Source: a virus
Direction: 5' to 3' (one strand)
Length of the DNA stretch: 64,000 nt
IMG/VR virus record: IMGVR_UViG_3300027801_001565
Shown: positions 44,762-52,887 of the stretch, piece after piece
How positions within the stretch are numbered: position 1 is the first letter of the stretch
Layout of the letters: every line of letters begins with the position of its first letter
Translations under genes and position numbers: made by a program
The notes under the pieces: generated by a model
The model's database searches: none
Seen by the model: the letters and a program-made list of their open reading frames with translations, nothing else
What the model was told of the DNA's origin: nothing

Positions 44762-45183
44762 TATTTTTTCTCCCACGGAAATACTAACCATTGTGTGTTA
44801 TTATACAGAGTCTTACCTACAAAGTCAAGCTCCATTGTACCAATTTTATCATAAAGTACCGCCCATTGGCTAGTAGGCATGTACTCTTTTATCTGTTGTA
44901 TTGTTAACCCAGAGTCACATATATCATCTACAAATATCAGCTCGTCTACGTTCTCTTCTAAGTTAAGTAGAGTTGGTACATCTTTATCGCTACCATCTCT
45001 TGTCTGCCATTGTAGAGCTGTAAAAGGTATGTCTAACATCTGAGATATCATAACCCCTGGTATAAGTCCACCTCTACTAATGCCTATTACTCTTTTATAT
45101 TCTCTCTCACCTATTCGTAATGCCAACAACTGGACAATCTTTTCCATCTGACTCCAGTTGATATACATTTTAGGCTCACTCAT
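44761..45183 (-). CDS. Purine phosphoribosyltransferase (Gpt-like)
   Basis: GISRGGLIP, PRPP-binding FVDDICDSGLT, and WLVFPWE. Confidence 0.9.
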   Translation of the reverse strand: MSEPKMYINWSQMEKIVQLLALRIGEREYKRVIGISRGGLIPGVMISQMLDIPFTALQWQTRDGSDKDVPTLLNLEENVDELIFVDDICDSGLTIQQIKEYMPTSQWAVLYDKIGTMELDFVGKTLYNNTQWLVFPWEKK

Positions 45184-45392
45184 ATTTTTACCGCCAGTAC
45201 AACTAGGATACATAGCTGAATTATAATAACCAACAGTAACTCTAATGCTAAAATTGTGTGATACCATATCCATCTTGTTTTATATGCTGTATCTATTGAT
45301 ACGTCTGCTGGATCTGGATCTAGCCATTGTTCCTTCGGTATCGCTATCGGTGAGGTGCCTCCCCACATTACTTCTTTAAATCGTTTCCACAT
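45180..45392 (-). CDS. Small membrane protein
   Basis: AYKTRWIWYHTILALE followed by a C-terminal TM helix. Confidence 0.6.
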   Translation of the reverse strand: MWKRFKEVMWGGTSPIAIPKEQWLDPDPADVSIDTAYKTRWIWYHTILALELLLVIIIQLCILVVLAVKI

Positions 45393-45393
45393 T

Positions 45394-46281
45394 TTATGTC
45401 CCCCATGCGTTGCCGAAGAGATCTATATGTAATCGAGGACTAAATTTATATCCAGTCTTCATACATGCCTCTGCTACGTCTTTTGCTGTTAGTGCTTGTT
45501 GTTCCATTGTTGCGCCTTCTGGCATACAATATACCGAATGTATCTGTACCCCACTTTTCTGATACTGTAGAACAAAATAGTCTACCTCAGTAAAGTCTTC
45601 TATATCACGAACAACAAATTTGTTATATAGAAAGCTGTTATATACCTGATTCATTGTAACCAGTGCGTCTGGAATACATGCCTCGTCTTGCTTTTCACCA
45701 CTAAGGCTTAGCTTAGGAGATGTACTCCATGTTACATGTACTTTATCGTGGTTCGCATTAAAAAACTCTACTAGTGCTGGTGTAACCTTTTGTGTGCCAT
45801 TAGTTTCAAACGTTACATTCTTTAATCCTATGTTCATACACATTTGTATGAGCTCAGGCCATACTCTCTGCCAGCCTAACAAAGGTTCACCACCTGTAAT
45901 AACTAAATGTATGTCTTCCTTCTCATCAAACTTCCCATTAGGTAGTAGGCTGACGATATGTTCAAATACCTCATCAGAAGTCTTTGTCATTTGTAGATGC
46001 TTATATTTCATAGCCCATGAAGCAGAACTATCACATCCAACAGGTGTAACTGGAAGTTCTGATATGTCTTTGTAAGCGTCTGGATGATTTTTATCGCCCT
46101 TAGGATCTAACATGTAGGGCATCTGATCTGTAGCAAGGTAGTTGCCACGTTCCTGTCCAAAGCCTGCACACTCAAAGTTGCAACCGAAAGTTCTCAAGAA
46201 TACACTAGGGACTCCTACGAATCTGCCTTCGCCTTGGATGCTATAAAAAGCTTCGCTGTATCTAAGTTTTGATTGTTTCAT
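45394..46281 (-). CDS. queE: 7-carboxy-7-deazaguanine synthase (radical SAM)
   Basis: FYSIQGEG, VFLRTFGCN, TGGEPLL, ETNGT, SPKL and SPRLH. Confidence 0.92.
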   Translation of the reverse strand: MKQSKLRYSEAFYSIQGEGRFVGVPSVFLRTFGCNFECAGFGQERGNYLATDQMPYMLDPKGDKNHPDAYKDISELPVTPVGCDSSASWAMKYKHLQMTKTSDEVFEHIVSLLPNGKFDEKEDIHLVITGGEPLLGWQRVWPELIQMCMNIGLKNVTFETNGTQKVTPALVEFFNANHDKVHVTWSTSPKLSLSGEKQDEACIPDALVTMNQVYNSFLYNKFVVRDIEDFTEVDYFVLQYQKSGVQIHSVYCMPEGATMEQQALTAKDVAEACMKTGYKFSPRLHIDLFGNAWGT

Positions 46282-46289
46282 AATATGGT

Positions 46290-46318
46290 ATTATATATAA
46301 GTCCTAGGTAGAAGTCAA
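46290..46318 (-). promoter_or_regulatory. Sigma70-type promoter of the deazaguanine/gp47-46 operon
   Basis: TTGACT-17-TATAAT, 8 nt upstream of the queE ATG. Confidence 0.8.
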
Positions 46319-46980
46319 GACATAAATTCGTCGTTTGGTTGACCGTTTTCTTCAATTACTTTCTCGGTGGGGTTAAGTGCCTCTGCTTCTGCCTCTGCTG
46401 CTGCCAAAGCCTCTGCTGCTTTAATTTTTTCGTCTAAGTATTTAGGTCTACGTTTAGGCATCTTCTTGCCTTCGTTCTGTTTGTCTGCTTTAATATTATC
46501 TGCTTCAGCTTGTTCAATAATATTTCTCATATAACCTAAGTAGTCGTTAGTGTGTTCAGTACCGTCTGCACTATTCTCTAGAATCTGTTCAATGTCTAAC
46601 GATTTAATGTACTTGAACTTTGTTTCCATCTGACGCTTCTCTTTCTGAATACGTCTAATGAATGCGTAGTATGTTATTTGTGTGAAGTAAGCAAAGGGAT
46701 TAGATGATTTTGCTGGATCAAAGTTGTGCATATATGTAAGACAGTTTTCAATGCCGTCTAGGATCATTTCATCTCTGAATGTATAGTTTACAAAGTTTGC
46801 CTTGTAAGCTAAATGGTTTGCAATCTTAACAAAACATTCTCCGATGTAGTTTGTTACACGTGGTTTTTCTTCACCACTCTCTTCTGCTTCCAACCTGGAA
46901 GTACGGTACTCAGATATCCTTGCTAAGAATTCTTTGTTGTCAATGTAATGTGCCGAGTTTGGGTCACGTCTTTTAGCCAT
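46315..46980 (-). CDS. gp55: Late-transcription sigma factor
   Basis: HYIDNKEFL, NFVNYTFRDEMILDGIENC and NPFAYFTQI...AFIRRIQKEK. Confidence 0.96.
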   Translation of the reverse strand: MAKRRDPNSAHYIDNKEFLARISEYRTSRLEAEESGEEKPRVTNYIGECFVKIANHLAYKANFVNYTFRDEMILDGIENCLTYMHNFDPAKSSNPFAYFTQITYYAFIRRIQKEKRQMETKFKYIKSLDIEQILENSADGTEHTNDYLGYMRNIIEQAEADNIKADKQNEGKKMPKRRPKYLDEKIKAAEALAAAEAEAEALNPTEKVIEENGQPNDEFMS

Positions 46981-46992
46981 AATATATACTCC

Positions 46993-47400
46993 TTAATGTA
47001 TTTGTTTTTTATCTATTGCTTCTGCATAATCTAGTAATTCTTCTAGCTCCTCAAAACTATTTTCTTCTTGGGGAGCCTCTTCTTCTTCACCGATAAAACT
47101 ACCGGTCCAGTTTGTTGATTCAAGATAAATCTGATCAACCATTCTATGATAACCTTCATGGAAACTTAGTTGTAATTCTGCTGTTGTAATAACATGCTGA
47201 GAATCTATTGTAAATGTTTGTCCTTCGGCAATTGCTATCCAAGGCCTAAGATTAATCTGTTCACCTATTAGTCCAGGGATATTAGATACATGGCTTACTA
47301 ATTCTATTGGGTGTGTTATCTCTATAGAATCAGGGCCGAGCTCTACCTTACCTACTAGTGTGGTACCGTTTGCTAATTTAACTATGATAGGTTCAGACAT
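46993..47400 (-). CDS. Conserved T4-like hypothetical protein (Sm-like)
   Basis: IVKLANGTTLVG...LRPWI; usual position between uvsW and gp55. Confidence 0.65.
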   Translation of the reverse strand: MSEPIIVKLANGTTLVGKVELGPDSIEITHPIELVSHVSNIPGLIGEQINLRPWIAIAEGQTFTIDSQHVITTAELQLSFHEGYHRMVDQIYLESTNWTGSFIGEEEEAPQEENSFEELEELLDYAEAIDKKQIH

Positions 47401-48859
47401 CTAATTTTACCAGTTTATAATCGAAACCTTCTTCGTTATAAATCTTGATCCTCTCAATTAAGTGATACAAAGTATAATTCTTTTTGGACTTCCATGATAA
47501 ATCATCACCAATATCAAACAAATTACATCTAGTCTTCTGTCCACCTCGTCTGAGTCCTCTACCTATACTCTGTAAATTTCTTATCCTGCTCTTACTAGGT
47601 GAAGCGAAAACAATATTATGTAAGTTCCTTATATTTATACCTGTAGAAAACGTTCCGTATGATGCAACTATTATAGCATCTTTTTCCTTCTCTGTCAATG
47701 CCCGAATTCCTTCTCTGGTTTCCGTGTCAGTACCACCATAGACAAAGAACACTTTCCTATCACCTTTAGCAGATTGTTTAATCATATCGTATATAACCTT
47801 TCCATGTTTTTCTACATACTGGAATAACACTAGAGTATTACCGTCTTGTGCCAAAGTAAGGTTCTTAATTATATTGTTCCTTGCCTCACATTTAACGATC
47901 CAATCTATCTCTTCCTGGTATGTTGACTTAGAGAGTATTTTCTTATCCTCATCCTTATGGTTTATTGTACAACATATAATCTTTAGCTCTGCTAGTTGTT
48001 TGTCGTCCATTAACTTTTTAGTTGTTGTAACTTTATGTGTCTGTCCAAACACACCTTCTAATACTAGTTTATGAGTCTTTGTGCCATCTAGAGTACCCGT
48101 AGTTCCTATTCTATAAGGTGTATTAACACACTTGTTCATAAGAGTTGTTAGGGATTTAGCCTTAAATAAATGTGCCTCGTCTCCATACATAACATCAAAT
48201 TCTGCAAACCAACTCTTAGGATACTTGTAGATAGATTGCCATGTACTTATTGTAACAGGGAAGTCATTAGTCTTTTCTTTACCGCCATATATTTTATGGC
48301 AGTTGTCTTGTACCTTCCAGCCATTTGCTGTAGAATAGTCTGCAAAGTCACCGTACATTTGTTCTACCAGTGATGTAGTAGGTACAATAATTAATTGTTT
48401 CCTACCCTTTATCTGATGATAACGAATGAGGCTGTAAATGATAAGAGACTTACCACTAGCAGTAGGAGATAGTAGTAGAGTCCTTCCAGTTTTAATAGAG
48501 TGGGTGACTGCTTCTTTTTGATAGTCCCGAATCTCGATATCTTTTTCATCGCTTTGTAATTTAAGCTCCTTAGTAAATTTTTCTATGTCAAGTGTTTCGC
48601 CTATTTCAGGCATGTTAACTTCTATTGGGTACTCTAATGTTTGAGCAAACTCTTTCAAGTAAGGTAGTAATCCAATGTACAATTCTTTGGTGTACATACT
48701 ATATAATCTAGCCTTGCCGTCCCACATTCTGTTTCTATACATGGGCATAAACTTGGCACCCGGTACATCGAATGTAAAGAAGTCGTTTATCTCAGAGTCG
48801 GTACTTAAATCAGTATCAACATGTAGATAAACCTCATCTTTCTTGGTAACTGTTATCAT
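47393..48859 (-). CDS. uvsW: SF2 helicase UvsW
   Basis: RDYQ, SPTASGKS, DEAH, GTTGT and LQSIGRGLR. Confidence 0.97.
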   Translation of the reverse strand: MITVTKKDEVYLHVDTDLSTDSEINDFFTFDVPGAKFMPMYRNRMWDGKARLYSMYTKELYIGLLPYLKEFAQTLEYPIEVNMPEIGETLDIEKFTKELKLQSDEKDIEIRDYQKEAVTHSIKTGRTLLLSPTASGKSLIIYSLIRYHQIKGRKQLIIVPTTSLVEQMYGDFADYSTANGWKVQDNCHKIYGGKEKTNDFPVTISTWQSIYKYPKSWFAEFDVMYGDEAHLFKAKSLTTLMNKCVNTPYRIGTTGTLDGTKTHKLVLEGVFGQTHKVTTTKKLMDDKQLAELKIICCTINHKDEDKKILSKSTYQEEIDWIVKCEARNNIIKNLTLAQDGNTLVLFQYVEKHGKVIYDMIKQSAKGDRKVFFVYGGTDTETREGIRALTEKEKDAIIVASYGTFSTGINIRNLHNIVFASPSKSRIRNLQSIGRGLRRGGQKTRCNLFDIGDDLSWKSKKNYTLYHLIERIKIYNEEGFDYKLVKLDV

Positions 48860-49299
48860 ATAATTCCGTTAGTAAACTTGGTCCATTCAATGGCGTTTTT
48901 AATATCGAATGATCTACTATTAATAGACTTCATTATATAATCGCATTGTGTAAGACATGTATTAATGTACTCAACTTTATCTGTTAGTCTAATTACATCT
49001 GCATCTGTATCTAGGTACTCATTCATCTGATTATTCAAAGGAGCGTTTCCTAAGTACTGATCCCAGCCTAAATTGTTAAGTTCTTTTTGGTCCAACTCAC
49101 CGCGAAAGTACTTCCACTTCACACGCCTGAGACTTAATAGATCTGATTGAGACTTTCTAAGTTGTAATTTAAATGTTGTTAATTGGTTCAGGTATTTTGA
49201 GTGTAGTTCTGGTATTCGTGTAGATTCCTGTCCTAGGTTAAGTTCATTAACCTTACAGTCTATACTCCATTCATCTTGTATTTCGTTAAGCGTTTTCAC
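48856..49299 (-). CDS. uvsY: Recombination mediator UvsY
   Basis: PELHSKYL, WKYFRG and RSFDIKNAIEW. Confidence 0.93.
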   Translation of the reverse strand: MKTLNEIQDEWSIDCKVNELNLGQESTRIPELHSKYLNQLTTFKLQLRKSQSDLLSLRRVKWKYFRGELDQKELNNLGWDQYLGNAPLNNQMNEYLDTDADVIRLTDKVEYINTCLTQCDYIMKSINSRSFDIKNAIEWTKFTNGII

Positions 49300-49324
49300 A
49301 CATCACCTTCTTTATAATATATAC

Positions 49325-49353
49325 ATTATACGACTATTGACTGCTTATGTCAA
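49325..49353 (-). promoter_or_regulatory. Sigma70 consensus promoter (uvsY-uvsW-gp55)
   Basis: TTGACA-17-TATAAT. Confidence 0.85.
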
Positions 49354-49375
49354 CGTTTAATTGTACCGTTTGGTA

Positions 49376-49948
49376 CTAAGGAGTTTCAAGTGTGAAAGAG
49401 GTATATCTAAACATAGCCACTCCCACCATATACTCCGTGGAACCAGTTGATATCTCAAAATCTAGTCCCTGAATACTTACAGGAAACGCGTCCTTAAAGT
49501 TTATCTTTTGTATTGGGTTGTTGTTTGAATCTAAGATCATTAGTGTAGCATCACTATATGATGTAGAGCCTCCATCCGAGTCTGGGAATCTATATCCCTG
49601 TGATAGTCCGTAAGCTGCGTGTTGTTTAGAATCTTCTGGAAACCCCAACCCAACCATCCAATTGTATAGCTCTTTATAGTTAATCATGTCCTCTTGTATA
49701 AGGAATCTAATCATTAACTGTCCAAATTCTATCTTCTCGCCTGGGTGAGGTATGTCTACTAGTGGTGTTGATTGTACGGCAGGCATCATATTCATCTCTG
49801 GAATGTTAGCTGCTTGGCAAAAATATGAAACGTTTGGAATATTGTGGACTTGGAACTTAAAACCATTAGGTCGTAAGTAATCTAGCTCGTTAGGATTGTT
49901 TGAGGACCACGATGCTTCTGTTACATTTGTTATGTTGGTTGTTGTCAT
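49376..49948 (-). CDS. gp3: Tail completion / tube terminator
   Basis: YFCQAANIP, FLIQEDMINYKELYNW, SDATLMIL and FKDAFPVS. Confidence 0.88.
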   Translation of the reverse strand: MTTTNITNVTEASWSSNNPNELDYLRPNGFKFQVHNIPNVSYFCQAANIPEMNMMPAVQSTPLVDIPHPGEKIEFGQLMIRFLIQEDMINYKELYNWMVGLGFPEDSKQHAAYGLSQGYRFPDSDGGSTSYSDATLMILDSNNNPIQKINFKDAFPVSIQGLDFEISTGSTEYMVGVAMFRYTSFTLETP

Positions 49949-49957
49949 TTCTTATTC

Positions 49958-50332
49958 CTAGTTGAACCCTACACTAATACCACAACCACATGAGGATGAC
50001 TGTTGAGGATTCCTATATTCAAATCCCTCATTAAGTCCTTCAACCTTCCAAGCAATAGTAGTGCCTTCTAAATACATTTCTGACATAGGATCAAGCCAAA
50101 GAGTAAAATCACCAAAGTCTATTGGTATATCTGCATCTTCACCTTTTTCTGCATAATTAAATTCGTATGCAAAACCAGCACAACCTCCACCTGTTAAACC
50201 AAATCTAACTCCTGCAACTCCTTTGTCCTTAATCTTCTTTACGACTTCTACTAATGCGTCTTCTGTAAAGTCAACAATAGGACCACGTGAAGTGGCTATC
50301 ATCATTGGGTCAAACGTTTTCGGTTGTGTCAA
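49958..50332 (-). CDS. iscA: A-type Fe-S carrier (IscA/HesB)
   Basis: GGGCAGFAY and NPQQSSSCGCGIS. Confidence 0.92.
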   Translation of the reverse strand: MTQPKTFDPMMIATSRGPIVDFTEDALVEVVKKIKDKGVAGVRFGLTGGGCAGFAYEFNYAEKGEDADIPIDFGDFTLWLDPMSEMYLEGTTIAWKVEGLNEGFEYRNPQQSSSCGCGISVGFN

Positions 50333-50759
50333 GGTCCGGTCCTCCGTTGTGTAATCTATGGGCTTTCTTTTCGTCCCAATGTGTTAGTGCTTTTTTAATA
50401 CTATCTTCTGCTAATACAGAACAATGTAACTTAATAGGCGGTAACTCTAATGCGTCTGCTATATCTTTATCTTTAATTAATAGAGCCTCAGTCATTGTTA
50501 AGCCTTTAAGCATTTCAACAAACATTGTAGAACTAGCTATTGCTGAACCACAACCGTAAGTTTTAAATTTAACATCCTCTATGATGTCTGTATCAGGATT
50601 TACTTTTAAATCTAGTTTCATAACGTCACCGCATGCTGGTGCTCCAGCCATGCCTGTAGCTACATTTGGGTCTTTAGGATCGAACCTACCTACGCCATGT
50701 GCCGCTGGATTATCTAAAACATCTTGAAATCTCTGTACTACTTTATCTGAATATGCCAT
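50310..50759 (-). CDS. iscU: Fe-S scaffold protein IscU
   Basis: GAPACGDVM, FKTYGCGSAIASS and LPPIKLHCS. Confidence 0.95.
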   Translation of the reverse strand: MAYSDKVVQRFQDVLDNPAAHGVGRFDPKDPNVATGMAGAPACGDVMKLDLKVNPDTDIIEDVKFKTYGCGSAIASSTMFVEMLKGLTMTEALLIKDKDIADALELPPIKLHCSVLAEDSIKKALTHWDEKKAHRLHNGGPDLDTTENV

Positions 50760-50779
50760 TTTTACTTCCTCTTATACTG

Positions 50780-50812
50780 TATTTATAATACTTTATATGT
50801 AACCAGATGTCA
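50780..50812 (-). promoter_or_regulatory. Overlapping sigma70-like (TTGACA-17-TATTAT) and late (TATAAATA) promoters for iscU-iscA
   Basis: Both motifs are read directly from the sequence. Confidence 0.65.
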
Positions 50813-50832
50813 ATAGGGATAAATACCTTTTG

Positions 50833-50840
50833 TATAAATA
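50833..50840 (+). promoter_or_regulatory. T4-type late promoter (+ strand)
   Basis: TATAAATA upstream of the only plus-strand gene. Confidence 0.7.
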
Positions 50841-50888
50841 ATAACGTACCATTAAGGTACGTCATACACACACACACAGGAGAACAAT

Positions 50889-51110
50889 ATGACAAACACA
50901 ACCAATAAATCAGGCTTTGAGATCAGAGCAGAATTACTTAATCAAGCACATCGCATGTTAAGTGAGAACAATCAAAGAGAAGCTGATGAAATATATGCTC
51001 ACAACGACAGTTATCCAAATGATAAAAAAGGGCTTAAAGTTAGCCCAATTTTAGCTAGAGATATAGTAGTTGTTGCTAAAGAGCTTAACGAGTTTGTTAC
51101 CCAACAATAA
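50889..51110 (+). CDS. Small hypothetical protein (only credible plus-strand gene)
   Basis: AGGAG SD, late promoter and downstream terminator; FEIRAELLNQA...AKELNEFV pattern. Confidence 0.8.
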   Translation: MTNTTNKSGFEIRAELLNQAHRMLSENNQREADEIYAHNDSYPNDKKGLKVSPILARDIVVVAKELNEFVTQQ

Positions 51111-51122
51111 ACTCTGATAGTC

Positions 51123-51155
51123 AAAGAAAAGGGCTACTTTCGTAGCCCTTTTTTT
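51123..51155. terminator. Bidirectional intrinsic terminator
   Basis: AAAAGGGCTAC-TTTC-GTAGCCCTTTTTTT between convergent genes. Confidence 0.9.
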
Positions 51156-51157
51156 AT

Positions 51158-51433
51158 TCAGTCCTGTTTAGGATCTTGAAGTTCGTCGGTTTGTTCATCA
51201 ATCTCCGTGACTACTGTATCGACAACACCTTCAGCTGCGTCCGCTGCTGTAGATACAATGTCTGAAGCATCTCTAAGAACAGCACTACCAATGTTACCTG
51301 CTGTTTTGACAGATGTGTCTATAATGCTAGTAGTTACTTCCTTCCCACCTTCTATAACGGCTCCAATTGAAGCACATGATGGTAAGAATCCTACAAAACC
51401 GAGGACTGCAATAATAGTGAATAACTTATTCAT
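51158..51433 (-). CDS. Small lipoprotein
   Basis: Signal peptide with LPS-C lipobox-like site and an amphipathic body; late promoter at 51479..51486. Confidence 0.7.
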   Translation of the reverse strand: MNKLFTIIAVLGFVGFLPSCASIGAVIEGGKEVTTSIIDTSVKTAGNIGSAVLRDASDIVSTAADAAEGVVDTVVTEIDEQTDELQDPKQD

Positions 51434-51492
51434 ATATTATACCTCGTTAATGTCTAAACGTTGTTGTAAAGACGCTACTATTTATAAAAGTC

Positions 51493-51520
51493 AAAAAAAC
51501 GGGCTACTTAGTAGCCCGTT
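51493..51520 (-). terminator. Intrinsic terminator after gp23
   Basis: AACGGGCTAC-TAA-GTAGCCCGTT-TTTTT. Confidence 0.9.
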
Positions 51521-51545
51521 CTAATTCTATTCCTAGAAACCTAAA

Positions 51546-52811
51546 TTACATTAAGTTTGTAACTTTAACACTTCTGTAATACTGGTTACGGTCTGCGGTG
51601 AATGTATCACCATCAGTTGTTCCGTCAGCCTGCATTACGAATGGGTTAGCTATCATACCATATCGAGTTTTAAATCCGATTTTTGGTTGGAATGTAGCAG
51701 GATCGATTGCTCTTACCATCTGTAATGGAACGTAAGGGCAGTAGAAAAGACCTGCGTCATAAGGGCTTGTGCCTTTATAACCAGCTACATAGAACTGCGA
51801 TGCAGAACCACTGTTAGCTGAGTAAGGGTCAATATATACTTTATATCTACCGTTAAGTACACCAGCGAAAGTGTTGCCTGTGTCGTCAACATTTAGGTTA
51901 GTGTTCAAAGCTGGAGCGTAATCTAAAACACCGGCCATAGCCAAAGCACTAGCAACATCTGATGAACAGATGATGAAGTTACCTTTGCCACGTCTTGTGT
52001 CTTGAGCGATCACGTTAGCGTCACGTTCGATATTGAATAAAAGACCTTTAAATCTTTCTACAGACCATCTTCCGTTACTGTCGACATCTAAGTCGAATGT
52101 TCCGGCAGTTGCTGTGCTGGCAGAACCAGTTTTAGCTACTTTATAGATTGTTCTGATTACTTCTCTGTTGATTTCCGCTAGGATTTCTTGAGAGAGGATG
52201 TTTGAAAGTTCTGACTCTGCGTCTAGACCATGAACAGCTTTCAAATCTTGAGCTAGCTCTACGGTGTACTGAGCTTTTAACGCTCTGGACTTAGCCGTAA
52301 CTGTAGTCTTCTCGATTGAGAATGCCATTTCTTGTAGTGTAGTCGAATCGCCAAATCCTTCTGCTGTTGCCGTTGATACGCCATTTCCCGTGGTGTAAGT
52401 ACCGTCAACTGGATTAGATCCAGCGTGTGTACCTGCGCCTGAGAAGTCAGTGTCTGCTTCGTTGAATAAAGCTTCAGTTCCAGCTTGTGTGCTGTAATGA
52501 GACTTCATTGCAAAAATAAGTCCTGTAGGACCAGACATTGGTTGTACGCCGCATACGTCATATGCCATCAAATTAGGTAGTGCACGTCTTACGAGCGATA
52601 TTAATATCGGATCGTAGTTGTCGACGCCTGAACCAGTTTGGTTAGCGTGTGTAGCCTCGAAAAGAGCTGCTTTTTCCTCGCGGAGTGCTTTCTCTTGGTT
52701 TTCTAGGACTACTGTGGTTACAGCTCTCTTATAAGGATCTGAAATTTCTTGTAATTCCGGATGCTCGAGTACTGGTTGCCACTTCTTTTGTAGTTCTTCT
52801 GAAAGATACAT
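51546..52811 (-). CDS. gp23: Major capsid protein
   Basis: LISLVRRALPNL, GVQPMSGPTGLIFA, SRALKAQYTVELAQDLKAVHGLDAE and FQPKIGFKTRYG. Confidence 0.99.
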   Translation of the reverse strand: MYLSEELQKKWQPVLEHPELQEISDPYKRAVTTVVLENQEKALREEKAALFEATHANQTGSGVDNYDPILISLVRRALPNLMAYDVCGVQPMSGPTGLIFAMKSHYSTQAGTEALFNEADTDFSGAGTHAGSNPVDGTYTTGNGVSTATAEGFGDSTTLQEMAFSIEKTTVTAKSRALKAQYTVELAQDLKAVHGLDAESELSNILSQEILAEINREVIRTIYKVAKTGSASTATAGTFDLDVDSNGRWSVERFKGLLFNIERDANVIAQDTRRGKGNFIICSSDVASALAMAGVLDYAPALNTNLNVDDTGNTFAGVLNGRYKVYIDPYSANSGSASQFYVAGYKGTSPYDAGLFYCPYVPLQMVRAIDPATFQPKIGFKTRYGMIANPFVMQADGTTDGDTFTADRNQYYRSVKVTNLM

Positions 52812-52860
52812 CAGTTTCTCCTTGTTTATACGTTTGTATTATGTTTTATAATAACTCTAT

Positions 52861-52868
52861 TATTTATA
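52861..52868 (-). promoter_or_regulatory. T4-type late promoter (gp23)
   Basis: Intergenic TATAAATA. Confidence 0.8.
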
Positions 52869-52887
52869 AAATTGTTAATTTATAACC

